DNA of 63,366 bases, filler included, from Octopus bimaculoides (GCF_001194135.2; 4 parts of 4 records of this genome joined end to end with filler, not necessarily neighbours in it); one strand, 5' to 3'. Shown: positions 48,081 to 61,994, numbered from the whole stretch's first letter. Translations and numbers: made by a program. Notes: generated by a model from the sequence alone, not told the origin.

Positions 48081-49552
48081 CTATTACATTATTATGTTAT
48101 TAAATTAATATGCCTTACATTTCAAACTACCCAAAAGCGTTGTATAATGCAATACGAATTAATTAATTATAACTAAATTAAAAATAACTACTAATTCATT
48201 TAAGTTGTCAGCGCATGGAATATTATGCAAATTGGATAAATAAGTTTAGAGCTGTTGAGGTTGTATACACAATAAATAGCTATGATTTAGCAAATTCTCT
48301 GTGAAAAAAATCGGATATTCGTCCTTAGATAATGATGCATCAAATAAGACTGAAAAGTTGTCAGATTTTAAACCCACGAGCATATGAGATGCTCGAGGCA
48401 AAGATTTTCTTTATCTTTTACAGCGAGGCTAAGATCTACTTTTGTTTTTGGGAAACGTAATACCGTATATATAAATCGACAAACACATACACGGATACAC
48501 GCGTACAAAAAGAGAAAGATAGATAGATAGGTAGAGGGAGAGACAAAGAGAGAAAGAGTTATCTATATGTACATATATATATATATATAAATATATATGT
48601 TTGTGAGTGACTTGAGGAAAGAGAGTTTCGTGCGCTATCACTTTATCAAACTGATAAGTGCTAGCGTTACTTCTAAATGTTCATAAAAATATACATATAC
48701 TCATATTTTGACTTCCATTTTTCCTGTTTCATCACACACACACACACACGCGCGCACATATACACATGTATCCACACACACGCACTTTGTGTACATATAG
48801 TGGATATACATAAAGTGGATATACATAAAGTGGATAAAGAAATTAATACTTGATAATAGTAAATTAAATTTGTATATCTTATTCAAACATATATACTTTC
48901 CCGTCGCTCTCTTGTTCATTAATCTTGTAGTTAGAATAACTAAGTCTAAAAATGAATAAAATGCAGGAAACGAATAGGAGAAAGAACAGAGCAAAATCTA
49001 ATATCAGTGTATTCTGAAATAGTATTCAGACAAAAAACACAGATAAGAAATTTTCAAATTTGAAATTTGGAAAAAGGAAGGGGAAATAACTCATGTTTTT
49101 TAATGTCAGTGCAGTCATAATGACGGTAACTCTCGAGCAGTGAAAGAAAGAAAAATGTATTTAGGAGTTCTTTGGGTTAAAATGTCATTACATAATTTCG
49201 GTTTCGTAACTCAAGTGACGATATGCTTTGTATAAATTATGCAGTTATTATTCGAGGAATGATGAGTGTAAGTTCGAAGGGAATAGAAAGCAAAAAATTA
49301 GTTACAATGTACATTTCTGTATTTGGTGGGTAATGCATATTTGTAATATGTATGCAAATACTTTTCCTTCTATGTGTATGTACATAATTTATATACATAA
49401 ATACATACATGTAAATGTATATATATATACACCTCCCTTTGTTTCTCCCTCTACCACTCTCTCTCTCTCTCCCTTACCCCTGCCTGATCACATGCTTCTG
49501 GTCACTAGTCCTTTTCTTCTTTGGCTATCGCCGAGCAAACACGCGAACTTAC

Positions 49553-49620
49553 TTCGTCCCCACTTTCAGTTCGTGCCTCACAGCGTTCATATACACATAA
49601 TTTTTCACGTCTGGCCGCAT
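49553..49620 (-). CDS. Candidate first coding exon (MRPDVKNYVYMNAVRHELKVGT + 2 nt)
   Basis: ATG at 49620, GAA/gtaagt donor at 49552, CpG-rich upstream region; phase 2 matches the exon below. Confidence 0.3.
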
Positions 49621-49968
49621 AGCCTTTTCCGTTTGTTTTCCTGTCTTGTTTTCTTTTCCGTTTGTTTTCCTGTCTTGTTTTTTGTCCGCCACTACATTCC
49701 TCCATGGCACAGGTTTAATTTGTGTATACAAATTTAATTTGCGGTCCATGGGAAGAGCTGTTTTAACGATGCGTCCTGCCCAACTCTTCGAAACACCGGT
49801 GTCAAAACGGGGGTAGCTTATGAAGGAAAATGTTCTCTATGTGGCTTGTGTGTTTTCTGTACTCTGGTTATTATTATTTTCTTGTCTACGTTTTGTTTGC
49901 AATGTCCTGTACCCAGATATGCACCTATATATACAGGTAGACGTAGGNNNNNNNNNNNNNNNNNNNNN

Positions 49969-50001
<33 letters not shown>

Positions 50002-50076
50002 GCGCGTGTGCGTGTGCGTGTTTCTGTGTGCGTGTGCGCGTGTATATACATATACAACTTTAGTTTTTATACATGA

Positions 50077-50109
<33 letters not shown>

Positions 50110-51336
50110 TTGTGTGTGTTGGAACGGTCATATTTTTGCCAAGTAAACACACGCACTGTATACTTGTCTTTCACTTCAGCTTCAGTTCTTGTTTTAAAGT
50201 ATTTTATTTGAAATCTTTCGTCAGACATACTGTAACTTCTGCAGCAACTCTCCATCTCACGTGTCTCCACCTGTTCTCTTTCAGGAGGAGACACATGGGA
50301 CGGAGAATCGCTGAAGAGGTCACATGATGTGTAACGAAAGATTTCAGACAAGGGACACTAAAATAAAAACAATAATAATGTTAAAATGAAGGACGAGTAT
50401 ATAGTGAATGTGTATATTTGAATTTTATCATTCTCGGTACATGCACTGTCGAAAGATTGACACCCAAACACTCTGAAATGTTCGTAATGGATCTTTGGGC
50501 GCGAATGCCAAGCAGTACAGCATGTCGTTTCTAAATTTCGGAAACGTGTCATGATGCTGATTTTCTCAGAGACGGTGCGCAACTGACCCTACTATACCGT
50601 GTGGTCGACAAAATCAAAAACCAACAATGCACATGCGTGAAATTAAAATGTAGAATGGCTATAATTTACCCATCGCACACTATATATATATATATNNNNN
50701 NNNNNNNNNNNNNNNNNNNNNNNNNNNNNNNNNNNNNNNNNNNNNNNNNNNNNNNNNNNNNNNNNNNNNNNNNNNNNNNNNNNNNNNNNNNNNNNNNNNN
50801 NNNNNNNNNNNNNNNNNNNNNNNNNNNNNNNNNNNNNNNNNNNNNNNNNNNNNNNNNNNNNNNNNNNNNNNNNNNNNNNNNNNNNNNNNNNNNNNNNNNN
50901 NNNNNNNNNNNNNNNNNNNNNNNNNNNNNNNNNNNNNNNNNNNNNNNNNNNNNNNNNNNNNNNNNNNNNNNNNNNNNNNNNNNNNNNNNNNNNNNNNNNN
51001 NNNNNNNNNNNNNNNNNNNNNNNNNNNNNNNNNNNNNNNNNNNNNNNNNNNNNNNNNNNNNNNNNNNNNNNNNNNNNNNNNNNNNNNATATATATATATA
51101 TATATATATACATACATACATAGAAACATACATGCATACGTACATACATACATACATACTTACATACATACACAGAGATACATGCTTCCTAAAATTTGTA
51201 TATCTGTACAGGCGTTCCTAGAATCTAAGCGGTTCCTGTGCGTGAATTTCTTTGAGTGGACAAACAGTGGCGCGACACTCAACTCACTCTTTAGTGCAAT
51301 CAAACAAAAAACTAGTTGCACGACTGTGATTTAAAC

Positions 51337-51594
51337 CAGGGGTTTTCAAACTTTTTGACTTGCGGACCCTTTTATATTTCAGGCTTTATCTTAGGGACCC
51401 TCTTATAAACGCTTATGAAATTTATACATAAATATTTGCTTAAAATAACATATATTTTTACATTTATTTATTTAACAGTATTTAACAAAATAGGTTTATT
51501 GTCAATTAAAAGATTTCGATTAAAAAACATATATAAAATCAAATTGCCCATAAAAAGTATTTGCTGTCCACGGACCACAGTTTGAAATCCCCTG
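51337..51594. mobile_element. hAT-type MITE
   Basis: TIRs caggggttttcaaact / agtttgaaatcccctg (15/16 match); 8-bp flanks atttaaac / gtttagac (6/8), a decayed TSD. Confidence 0.85.
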
Positions 51595-51975
51595 GTTTAG
51601 ACGACCAGAAGCCAAAGCAGTTCAGGTTCTTCTGATACAGGTTTACCTTCTCCTAGAAAGGAGTTCTATCGAGAACCAAGTGTTGTTTCACTCCCATTTT
51701 TTCACATGCTTATAAAGCCATAGACATATTCTACTACTCCTGGTTAGAAAAATCTGAGAAAGAAATTGGCTAAGGGGCACTTCAAATCTCTGGAACTCTC
51801 GTCCCAGTGTCTACAACCGGATGCACATAAAAGCCACATCCAGGACAAATGTACGTACACATATACACGCATACATACATACATACATACATACATACGT
51901 ACATACGTACGTACATACATACATACATACATACATACATACATACGTAGACAGAGATACATACATGCTTACATA

Positions 51976-52009
<34 letters not shown>

Positions 52010-52043
52010 AATGCTGTCTGTCAATCAATCAATCAATCAATCA

Positions 52044-52074
<31 letters not shown>

Positions 52075-52301
52075 CATCAACTATTAGCGTTCGTTAAGGG
52101 TCGGATCAAAGGGTGTTCAATACCACAGTGGAGTATATTATTTTTAACTTGAGTCAAATAGTCTCTTGCTATTCTGATGTTTTTGCCGGTGTTTTCACAC
52201 TCTCATCAGGCAATTCATAAACTATGTTATGACACACCTAATATATGTGTGTGTATATGTGTGTGTGTGTATGTGTGTGTATATATATGTATATATTTGT
52301 A

Positions 52302-52359
<58 letters not shown>

Positions 52360-52533
52360 TATATATATATACATATATATACATATATATACATACATAC
52401 ATATATAAATATATATGTATATATATGTATATATATGTATATAGACATATATATATATCTATAATAATATACATGTCTAATTATTATCAACACCAATAAA
52501 AACGCTGGTATATACATGTGTTTATATGATATT

Positions 52534-52578
<45 letters not shown>

Positions 52579-52883
52579 AAGTGAGTAAGTGTGTCTGCTG
52601 TGTGCTGTGTTAGTGTGCATCAGCTGCATTTCCACAATGCATGCACGTTGTGCATTGCCTCCCTAGGTAATATATTTGAATGTTGATAACATCGCATGTA
52701 TGTCTGTGTGTTTGTCATTCTGAACGTACGCTTTTCTAGTTTCTTTTTCATATCTCATTGAATATGTAAATACTTTTCATCAAAGGATGTATATATGAAT
52801 ATATGTACGTACGAATCTACGGATTTATCACTATATCTAAATATTTGTCTGCCTCTCTCCATCTAAATATCTCTCTCTCTTTC

Positions 52884-52935
<52 letters not shown>

Positions 52936-53034
52936 CCTATCTATCTATCTTAAGTACTCCTTTATATGTATCTCTTTATATATCTATGTATCTGTCCTTT
53001 TATTTCGTAATCGTTCCATTAATTAAATTGCGAC

Positions 53035-53340
53035 CGTGCTAGGCTATCGACTTAAAGAACTCTGGTCGAAGGAATCGACTCCAGCACTTATTTTTTAATG
53101 TCTGGTACTTGTTCTGTCAGTTTCTTTCGCCGAACCGCTAAATTACTGGGACGTAAACACACCAACAGTCGTCAAGCGGTGGTGGGAGACAAATATAGAC
53201 AAAAAAACACACACACACACATATACGCGCGCACACGCACACACAAACACGCGCATATAAACACACACACGTGCATACACACATACTCACACACACATAT
53301 ACGACGGGCCTCTTTCAGTTTTTGTTTACCTACACCTATA
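53035..53340 (-). mobile_element. SINE family A 3' portion
   Basis: gcgaccgtgctaggctatcg...gccgaaccgctaa...acgacgggcctctttcagtt. Confidence 0.75.
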
Positions 53341-53853
53341 TATATATATACATATATATATATANNNNNNNNNNNNNNNNNNNNNNNNNNNNNNNNNNNN
53401 NNNNNNNNNNNNNNNNNNNNNNNNNNNNNNNNNNNNNNNNNNNNNNNNNNNNNNNNNNNNNNNNNNNNNNNNNNNNNNNNNNNNNNNNNNNNNNNNNNNN
53501 NNNNNNNNNNNNNNNNNNNNNNNNNNNNNNNNNNNNNNNNNNNNNNNNNNNNNNNNNNNNNNNNNNNNNNNNNNNNNNNNNNNNNNNNNNNNNNNNNNNN
53601 NNNNNNNNNNNNNNNNNNNNNNNNNNNNNNNNNNNNNNNNNNNNNNNNNNNNNNNNNNNNNNNNNNNNNNNNNNNNNNNNNNNNNNNNNNNNNNNNNNNN
53701 NNNNNNNNNNNNNNNNNNNNNNNNNNNNACATACATAAACACATAGTAAAATGACACGCGCAAAAGTTTTCTTTTCCAGAAGTTCCTTTTCCGAAACGAT
53801 GGCTGCACCCTGTTTGAATGGTACAGCAGTTTAGGTACATATATATTTATCGT

Positions 53854-53854
<1 letters not shown>

Positions 53855-53933
<79 letters not shown>

Positions 53934-54011
53934 AAGAACAACAACAGCAACAACAACAACAACAACGACGACGACGACGATGATGATGATGACGATGATG
54001 ATGATGATGAT
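53855..54011 (+). repeat. Compound microsatellite (TAA)(GAA)(CAA)(CGA)(TGA)
   Basis: Direct reading. Confidence 0.95.
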
Positions 54012-54510
54012 ACTGACAGAACGATTTAGGCTAACCGACCAGACATAGTCATTAAAGACAAAGGAAGAAAATACTTGTAGACTAATAGATGTAGGTGTTC
54101 CCACTGACAAAAATATATCTGTAAAGGAATTTGACAAATTAAATAAATATAAGGACATGGAAATTGAAATACAAAAAGATGCGGCATCTTAAAGCGAGAA
54201 CTATTTCTGCTATTGTGGGTACCCTGGGTATGATAAAAAAGAGATGTCAGAAATATCTTGATAATATACCAGGAGAACCATGTCTCGGAGAAATTCAAAA
54301 GATTGTGCTGGCACGTACTGCCCATGTCCTTAGAAAAACCCTATCAATTTAAATGTCTGTGTTGTATTACATGAAGATATTTCGCTACTGCCCCTGTCAC
54401 TTACTTTCTCCAAGCTTTCATTTATACTGTAACATCCCTTATCCTTCACTCGTCCTAGGACGCTGGGTGTGTCTCGGCAAGTGACTGTAGCAAACTTGCA
54501 GATTAAAAGT
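54012..54510 (+). mobile_element. R4-like 3' end with UTR
   Basis: LIDVGVPTDKNISVKEFDKLNKYKDMEIEI...IVGTLG...IQKIVLARTAHVLRKTLSI*; followed by (caa/taa)n. Confidence 0.85.
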
Positions 54511-54629
54511 AAACAATGGTAACAACAACAGCAATAATAATGATAATGATAATTGGGAGTGATGTAGAAAACTAGGATTCGAACATACTCAAAAATGGTA
54601 TGAACATGAACCTTGTAAATTACTAGGAA

Positions 54630-54701
54630 GTAAGGAATACAAGATGTTGTGGGACTTTAACATTCAGGCTGACAGACTAACAGAAGCTAGATAGCCTAAT
54701 T

Positions 54702-54791
<90 letters not shown>

Positions 54792-55140
54792 ATAAAGAGT
54801 ATAGGAAGTGCCTGATAATTAATTTTACAGTCCCAAATGATGAAATATTTCAATATGAGAGGTATAAAAGAAATAGCAAAGTACTAGGACCTAGCCATTT
54901 AATTACAGAGACTATGGACAATGTGGGTGAAAATATCCCAGGTGCATTGGGAACTATCCCTAAAGATTTGAACAGATGGATAGAGGAAATAGGTATGAAA
55001 CCCAGTTAAGTACAGCTCCAGAAGACAGTGTTATTAGGGACAGCTAGGATACTTAGGAGGGTTCTTGACATCTAAGGTTACTTGTTGTAGCCCGATGTTA
55101 TGATCTTTCTCTTTTCCAACTGTCTAATTTGTTTTGTGTA
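54630..55140 (+). mobile_element. R4-like 3' end with a (GTA)n expansion
   Basis: KMLWDFNIQADRL...PNL(V)29DKEYRKCLIINFTVPND...GALGTIPKDL...LQKTVLLGTARILRRVL; followed by (taa)n. Confidence 0.8.
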
Positions 55141-55157
55141 TATGGATAATAATAATG

Positions 55158-55209
<52 letters not shown>

Positions 55210-58200
55210 TAATAATAAATAATAATAACAATAATAACAACAACAACAGCAACAACAACAACATAAACAGCAGTAATAATAATAATGATTAACGCTACGA
55301 CCAGCAGCAGTATATCGCAGTTTTATATAAATAAAACTTGGTTTTGTATGGAAACGCACATGTACATGCACACACATACACACGCATGCACATGCACACA
55401 CACACACAGACACACACACACACACAGGTACAATGACTAATTCTTAGAGAGACTTAAGGTAGACCTTGAAGAGGTAGAGAATGTCATTGATGGGGGCCGT
55501 GCATAGCGACGAAAGGACTTTGACAAACAAACAGATTAATGATTGTTTAATCAGTATATCAAACAAATGATTGATTAGTCCAGTTGATTTAGATAATTAA
55601 ACCAATTGACTAACAATAAATAAGTGATACTGAACCAGTGCGTGTGTTACCATTATTGGTGTAATGGCCATCCTACGACCCATAAATATATAAGCCCGTA
55701 TCTGTCCATGTTCACACTCACATATACATATACATTTGTCTGTACATCTGTGCATCTGTACATCTCTGTGTGTCTGTCTTAAGCACCTACCTATATATTC
55801 ATAATCATTTTTGGCGTAATCTGAATACTTATGGGCTGTACAATAATACAATCACATGTAAAAAAAGTCTTTTGGTTGAAGGAAAATAGAGACGTGAATT
55901 ATGTAAGATTTTAAATATTCTATAGATTGCGTAACTTATCACCTCTAAAGCATGTCTTGTGCTTCTACGTATGCAAACTTAAAATTTGCCTGTGCTTGCT
56001 GCTTTGTTCATAAACTTTCGCAAACTATCCGATTGATCACAGCCAGCTAGTGTTTAATGCTAACAACGTAGTCGTCGGACAGCGAAGATATATTAGAAAG
56101 TTGACTGTATGAATGTATATGGCTGCAGGCGAGGAGAAAAGAAAATCAAAGAAGGAATCATGAGTGAGAGAAGCGAAGACTGAAAGAGAGAGGGAGATAG
56201 ACAGAGGGAGAGAGAGGGAGAGAGAGTGTGTGTGTGTGTGTAAGTGAGAGAGAGTGACAGTGAGGTCGGGAAGCATATCTACATAGACATAGAGAAAGAG
56301 AAACAGATGCATACACAGATACATAGTAACAATTATATACGGTTACATATACATATATACGTACACACACACACATGCACACACGCACATATATGCATAT
56401 ATACAAACATATATTATATATATATATATAATCAGTTCTCAAACATGCACACGCACACACATAAACACATGTATATCCATAAATAAATATGCATGTATAT
56501 ATATATATATATAATTATATTCAACAGAAAAGATGACAATGAACTGAAAAAAACTACTTCCTTGAATGGGTCTTTTTATATTTGTGTGTGTATACACACA
56601 CAAACATGTATATATACATACATGCACTCACACACACGCACATATATATCTTAGTTGCAAATTTACTAGTGAAGAAATTGAAGCAGAAGTTTATTAAATA
56701 CTGGTTGTTCTGATTTAATACTTATATTTAGCATCTGCCTATACACCTGACTACAGTTTGTTCAAGTTTTCATAAGCTAACTGAAAGAACATTTTAAATA
56801 CATTTACATCTAGTATGCTTCATCCCCGTCAAATACATTTAGTTTAAGTTTTGCTTCTACATTTGTTTCTTAATTTAGCATAATTAACCACTGATTACAT
56901 GTTTCACATGGTTTATGTCAATTCTTGCCCCGCTCTTTTCGTTGTTAGCACTGTTACTGCTCCAGATAATCAAGGAAATTAAAAGTGAAAGTGAAAGTAA
57001 ATTAACAAACTTTAGACTGTAGCTGTTCACTTACCTCCAAACTATAACACTTCTGAAATGCCAACCTTCTTTTGGTTGTATCATTTTCAACATCACCATT
57101 ATTACTGCACTTCATTTTCAATTCACTACTTTATCAACACACGAAAAGAAAACCGTTCTGCCTTCTATATCTGCTTTATATGTGTAGAGGTATGAATAAG
57201 CTTTTTCTTTCGTGGTTTAAGCGTTTGGTTTTTCGAGAACTATATTATTATTTTTTTTCCTTTCTTTAGCTTTAGCTTCCGAGTCGAGAGATATAATAAT
57301 GGTAAAAGTTGTGTCGACGAACAGATTAGTTTTAAAAAATTTACAAACGATTTAAAATAAATACCAGTGCATGAAATAAAATTAAATATAAAAAGAAAAT
57401 TACGCAGTTACGTCAGTGGCTTAGACTAGGAAGAAACTTTAACCAACTTTTCAAAGAATTCAGAGTGTCACCATTTTCTGTAAATTGTTCTCCTATTAAA
57501 AACCACAATGTCAATTTTGATAGTTGCGTCGTTTTGTATTTTCTGTGTAGCTCTCTCTCTCTCTCTTTCTTTTTTACTTTCTTTTTCTTTTCTTTTTTCT
57601 TTCTTTAATGTCTCCCAAAACAATGGAAATTAAATCACTTTGTTATTTGATCGGAACAGATTCTACGACCTACTCACAAGTTTTGGAAGTGGACGAAGGC
57701 AAATAGAAACGAATAAATAAGTAAATAAGATGCATAAAGAAACGCTACCAAAAGAATTACCTGTTGTGTTATTATGTATGTGAGCTTTTGTTGAGTTTAG
57801 AGCAGAGAACAGTAGCTTAGGCGGATGCAAGTTAGTGTATAAATTTGACGACTTGTAAGATGGGATGGTAGGAGGGCGTCGTCAAGTTGATTCAGTAGGT
57901 AGAGATATAAATAAAACGATAGAGAGAGGGAGAGAGAGAGGAAGTTGGTGAGTGTGGGAGGGATAAATAGAAAGATAAAAAGAGAGGAAATAGAGATTGC
58001 TTAGTTGATTGATTGAATGATAAAGAGGAGAGAAGTCAGGAGGAAAGAATTACAGCAGCTAAGTTGTTACAGACGGTGAGTGAGGAAGAGAGAGAGAGGA
58101 ATGAGAGAGAGAGACAAGGTGGGAATGGGGATTGATTAGAAGAAGAATGAGAGAGAGAGAGGGAAAAAGTGAGAGAGAGAGAGAGGAAGATAGATTGTAG

Positions 58201-58332
58201 CGAGAGAGAACAAGGGAGAATTTGATAGATTGATTGATTGATTGATTGATTGATTGAGAGATGATGTGGGATGAAAGAAAAAGTGAGTAAAATATAGAAG
58301 ATAACAAAATAGAGAGAGAGACAAAGACAGTT

Positions 58333-58397
<65 letters not shown>

Positions 58398-58723
58398 NNN
58401 NNNNNNNNNNNNNNNNNNNNNNNNNNNNNNNNNNNNNNNNNNNNNNNNNNNNNNNNNNNNNNNNNNNNNNNNNNNNNNNNNNNNNNNNNNNNNNNNNNNN
58501 NNNNNNNNNNNNNNNNNNNNNNNNNNNNNNNNNNNNNNNNNNNNNNNNNNNNNNNNNNNNNNNNNNNNNNNNNNNNNNNNNNNNNNNNNNNNNNNNNNNN
58601 NNNNNNNNNNNNNNNNNNNNNNNNNNNNNNNNNNNNNNNNNNNNNNNNNNNNNNNNNNNNNNNNNNNNNNNNNNNNNNNNNNNNNNNNNNNNNNNNNNNN
58701 NNNNNNNNNNNNNNNNNNNNNNN

Positions 58724-58786
<63 letters not shown>

Positions 58787-58930
58787 GAATGAAACAAAAA
58801 CGGAAAGAGGGTGAAGGAGGAGAATGAAAGGGGTTAAGTGATTCAGAGATTGAAAGTCAGGTGAATTTAGGTTTCTAGACAATTTATAGTCCATAGAATG
58901 CTTATAGAAAGCTAAAGAGATGTTTCAATC

Positions 58931-58972
<42 letters not shown>

Positions 58973-58986
58973 AGACTTATGCATGT

Positions 58987-59420
58987 GTGGAGGTGCAATA
59001 GCCCAGTGGTTAGAGCAGCGGACTCGCGGTCGTAGGATCTCCGTTTCGATTCCCAGACCGGGCGTTGTGAGTGTTTATTGAGCGAAAACACCTAAAGCTC
59101 CACGAGGCTCCGGCAGGGGATGGTGGCAAACCCTGCTGTACTCTTTCACCACAACTTTCTCTTACTCTTACTTCCTGTTTCTGTTGTGCCTGTAATTCAA
59201 AGGGTCAGCCTTGTCACACTCTGTGTCACGCTGTATTTCCTCGAGAACTACGCTACGGATACACGTGTCTGTGGAGTGCTCAGCCACTTGCACGTTAATT
59301 TCACGAGCTGGCTGTTCCGTTGATCGGATCAACTGGACCCTCGTCGTCGTAACCGACGGNNNNNNNNNNCCGTTGATCGGATCAACTGGACCCTCGTCGT
59401 CGTAACCGACGGAGTGCCAC
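58987..59420 (+). mobile_element. SINE family B, full length, tRNA-derived head
   Basis: tagcccagtggttagagc (A-box), gtttcgattccc (B-box), body and tail as at 360-697; tail duplicated across a 10-N gap. Confidence 0.9.
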
Positions 59421-60506
59421 TTATGTATGTATGTATGTATGTATGTATGTATGCATGAATGCATGTATATACACATCTATCTATCCATTTATCTACCTAC
59501 CTACCTACCTACCTACCTACCTATTTATCTATCTATCTATCTATCTATGTATCTATCTATCTGTAGGAAAGTAGATAGATGGAGAGGTGGATAAGAAGCT
59601 GGATAAAGGGATTCATGGATGGATGGATAAGATACAAAAGTAGAAAGTTTGAACGTCAGAGAATAAGCAATTTGAAGATATTTTAATAGACACATACACA
59701 CACAGACACACATACACACACAGACACACATACACACACAGACACACATACACACACAGACACACACGCGTACGTACACATATGTATGTCTAGGCGAGGT
59801 GAAAGTATATGTGGTTAGTGACAGACAGTCGAAATACAAGGCTAAAAACAGACAGATTACCAGAGAAAGAGTGGGCGGGACACGAGAGACTAGAAACAAA
59901 AAAAAAAAAAACGAAGAAAGAAAAAGGAGCAGGGATGGATTAGTGTGCAGCCGAAAAAGAGGAAGTTGTACAAAGGAGGAGGGATTAAGAAGAGTGAGAG
60001 TAAGTGGGAGGTGAGGAATGAAAAATTAAAATGAAATATAGGGAAAGAAGAGAGAGAGAAAAATCCATAAAGATCGGAAGTGACACAGATATATATATAT
60101 ATATATATATTGCGAAAAAGAAAGACAGGGAGCAAGATAACGGGAGGGGAAGTCAGGGAGAGAAAGAGAGAGACAGAGTGAAAAACGCGAAGGGGGAGGA
60201 AAAGCTGATAGTTTGGTGAATGCAATGTAGTGTTTACGGCAAAGGCAGTGCCGTAGTGCTATCTGATCAACAGCAGTCCCAGCCAAGCTGCACTAATGCT
60301 GTCCCATTGATATCTCCTCCGTGTTGGCATGTTTCTGTTTGACTACCTGTCTCCTTTCTCATACGAAGTCAGGCATCTCCTTAAACGACGCTCGTTGTTA
60401 GTAGTCGCTAACTGTGTATGTGTCAATAAGCGTGCGCCTGTACTTTAATCTATTAGTGCCCAAGATATATGTGTGTGTGTGTCTGTGCTTGTGTGTGTGT
60501 CTGTGC

Positions 60507-60552
<46 letters not shown>

Positions 60553-60652
60553 NNNNNNNNNNNNNNNNNNNNNNNNNNNNNNNNNNNNNNNNNNNNTTAA
60601 TTAATTAANNNNNNNNNNNNNNNNNNNNNNNNNNNNNNNNNNNNNNNNNNNN
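60553..60652. other. Artificial 100-bp join linker
   Basis: 44 N + ttaattaattaa (60597-60608) + 44 N. Confidence 0.95.
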
Positions 60653-61020
60653 AAGAAACAGGATTGATGCGATCAATGCTCTAGCCATACTAGTCGTGAC
60701 TTACAGTTTCAATATCATTCATTGGTCAATTACTAAAATATGTAATGTTGACAGAAAAACACGAAAATAGTTGATAATGCATAGACGGCACCACCCTAAG
60801 GCAGACATAGAACGACTTTGCCTTCCACGAAAAGAGGAAATTTACTGCTGGAATTGACAATAAAGATTTCCACAAGAGGCCTAGACATATAGCTGAAAAA
60901 CTCTGTCTCAAAGCATGAAAACAAGACAGCGTCATACTCAGTAACAGAACAGACAAAGGAATATCTAAGTGAATTCCAAATACAAGTTTCAGAATTAGAC
61001 GTACAGGAAATAAGCAAAGA
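60653..61020 (+). mobile_element. R4-like internal fragment, same subfamily as 21770-24710
   Basis: Colinear with ~23348-23730 (caccaccctaaggcagacatagaacgac). Confidence 0.85.
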
Positions 61021-61021
61021 A

Positions 61022-61545
61022 TATGCAAATCGAAGTGGAAACTGAAGTCTGTTTAGTGTGAATGCAATCTTTGCATCAATTGGGGGCTATGTTTAATTCT
61101 GGAAATTAGAACTGAACGATCTTTGTTGGGGGTTGTAACCAATGATGCCTCTGCACAATGTTCATGAAGTCTTTGCACTTTCATGTGAATTTCATTACAT
61201 AATCCTTGGCTGATCGAAAGATTTCTTAGCAGCATTACAATTGCTCCTACTTTTAAGTTGAGGCGATGAGGAGGCAAACCGAATGGAGTGAGTGAGTTTA
61301 TGAATTCAAATAGATAGTTCTGAACCTCCTCTTCATTATTGCAGGGCACTGTGTCTGTGCTTAAGTTTGCTTTAGGTGCCTCTGGTATAATATTAAGAAC
61401 TTTTTCATTCATTGCAAGACAGAATTTTTAGGAGACAAAATTACTCGTTTTTCCATTTCTTCTGGCGTGCAGTTGTTGAAAATTTCTAGGTAGAAATGTA
61501 CAAATTGAAATGCAAAAGAACGAAATAATAAACGGATTTATGAAT
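61022..61545 (-). mobile_element. Helitron PIF1-like helicase fragment, dead
   Basis: ILSPK...MNEKVL...FINSLTPFGLPPHRLNLKVGAIVMLLRNLSISQGLCN...VLISRI, then after a frameshift FTLNRLQFPLRFAY. Confidence 0.88.
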
Positions 61546-61819
61546 NNNNNNNNNNNNNNNNNNNNNNNNNNNNNNNNNNNNNNNNNNNNNNNNNNNNNNN
61601 NNNNNNNNNNNNNNNNNNNNNNNNNNNNNNNNNNNNNNNNNNNNNNNNNNNNNNNNNNNNNNNNNNNNNNNNNNNNNNNNNNNNNNNNNNNNNNNNNNNN
61701 NNNNNNNNNNNNNNNNNNNNNNNNNNNNNNNNNNNNNNNNNNNNNNNNNNNNNNNNNNNNNNNNNNNNNNNNNNNNNNNNATATATATATATATATATAT
61801 ATACACATATGTATGTATG

Positions 61820-61945
61820 TGTGTGTCTCGAGTTGTAGCTGTAATTCAAAGGGGCAAGCCTTGTCATATTCTGTGTGAGGTTGAATCTCCCTGAGAACTA
61901 CGTTAATGCTATGCATGTGTATGGAGTACTCAGTGATTTTTTAGT
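61820..61945 (+). mobile_element. SINE family B internal fragment
   Basis: gtaattcaaaggggcaagccttgtc...gagaactacgttaa. Confidence 0.7.
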
Positions 61946-61994
61946 TTATTTTATCCTAGTGTGGTAATGAACAGTGAAACTGACAGCCAATATT

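Noticed and set aside
50430-50530. AWHSRPKIHYEHFRVFGC resembling a Copia post-integrase motif
   Set aside because: Isolated short match with no integrase, RT or LTR nearby.
57400-57660. Sox/Runx/CRE-like words
   Set aside because: Not distinguishable from background without conservation data.
58987-59065. Functional tRNA gene
   Set aside because: It continues directly into the SINE B body and the cloverleaf is imperfect.
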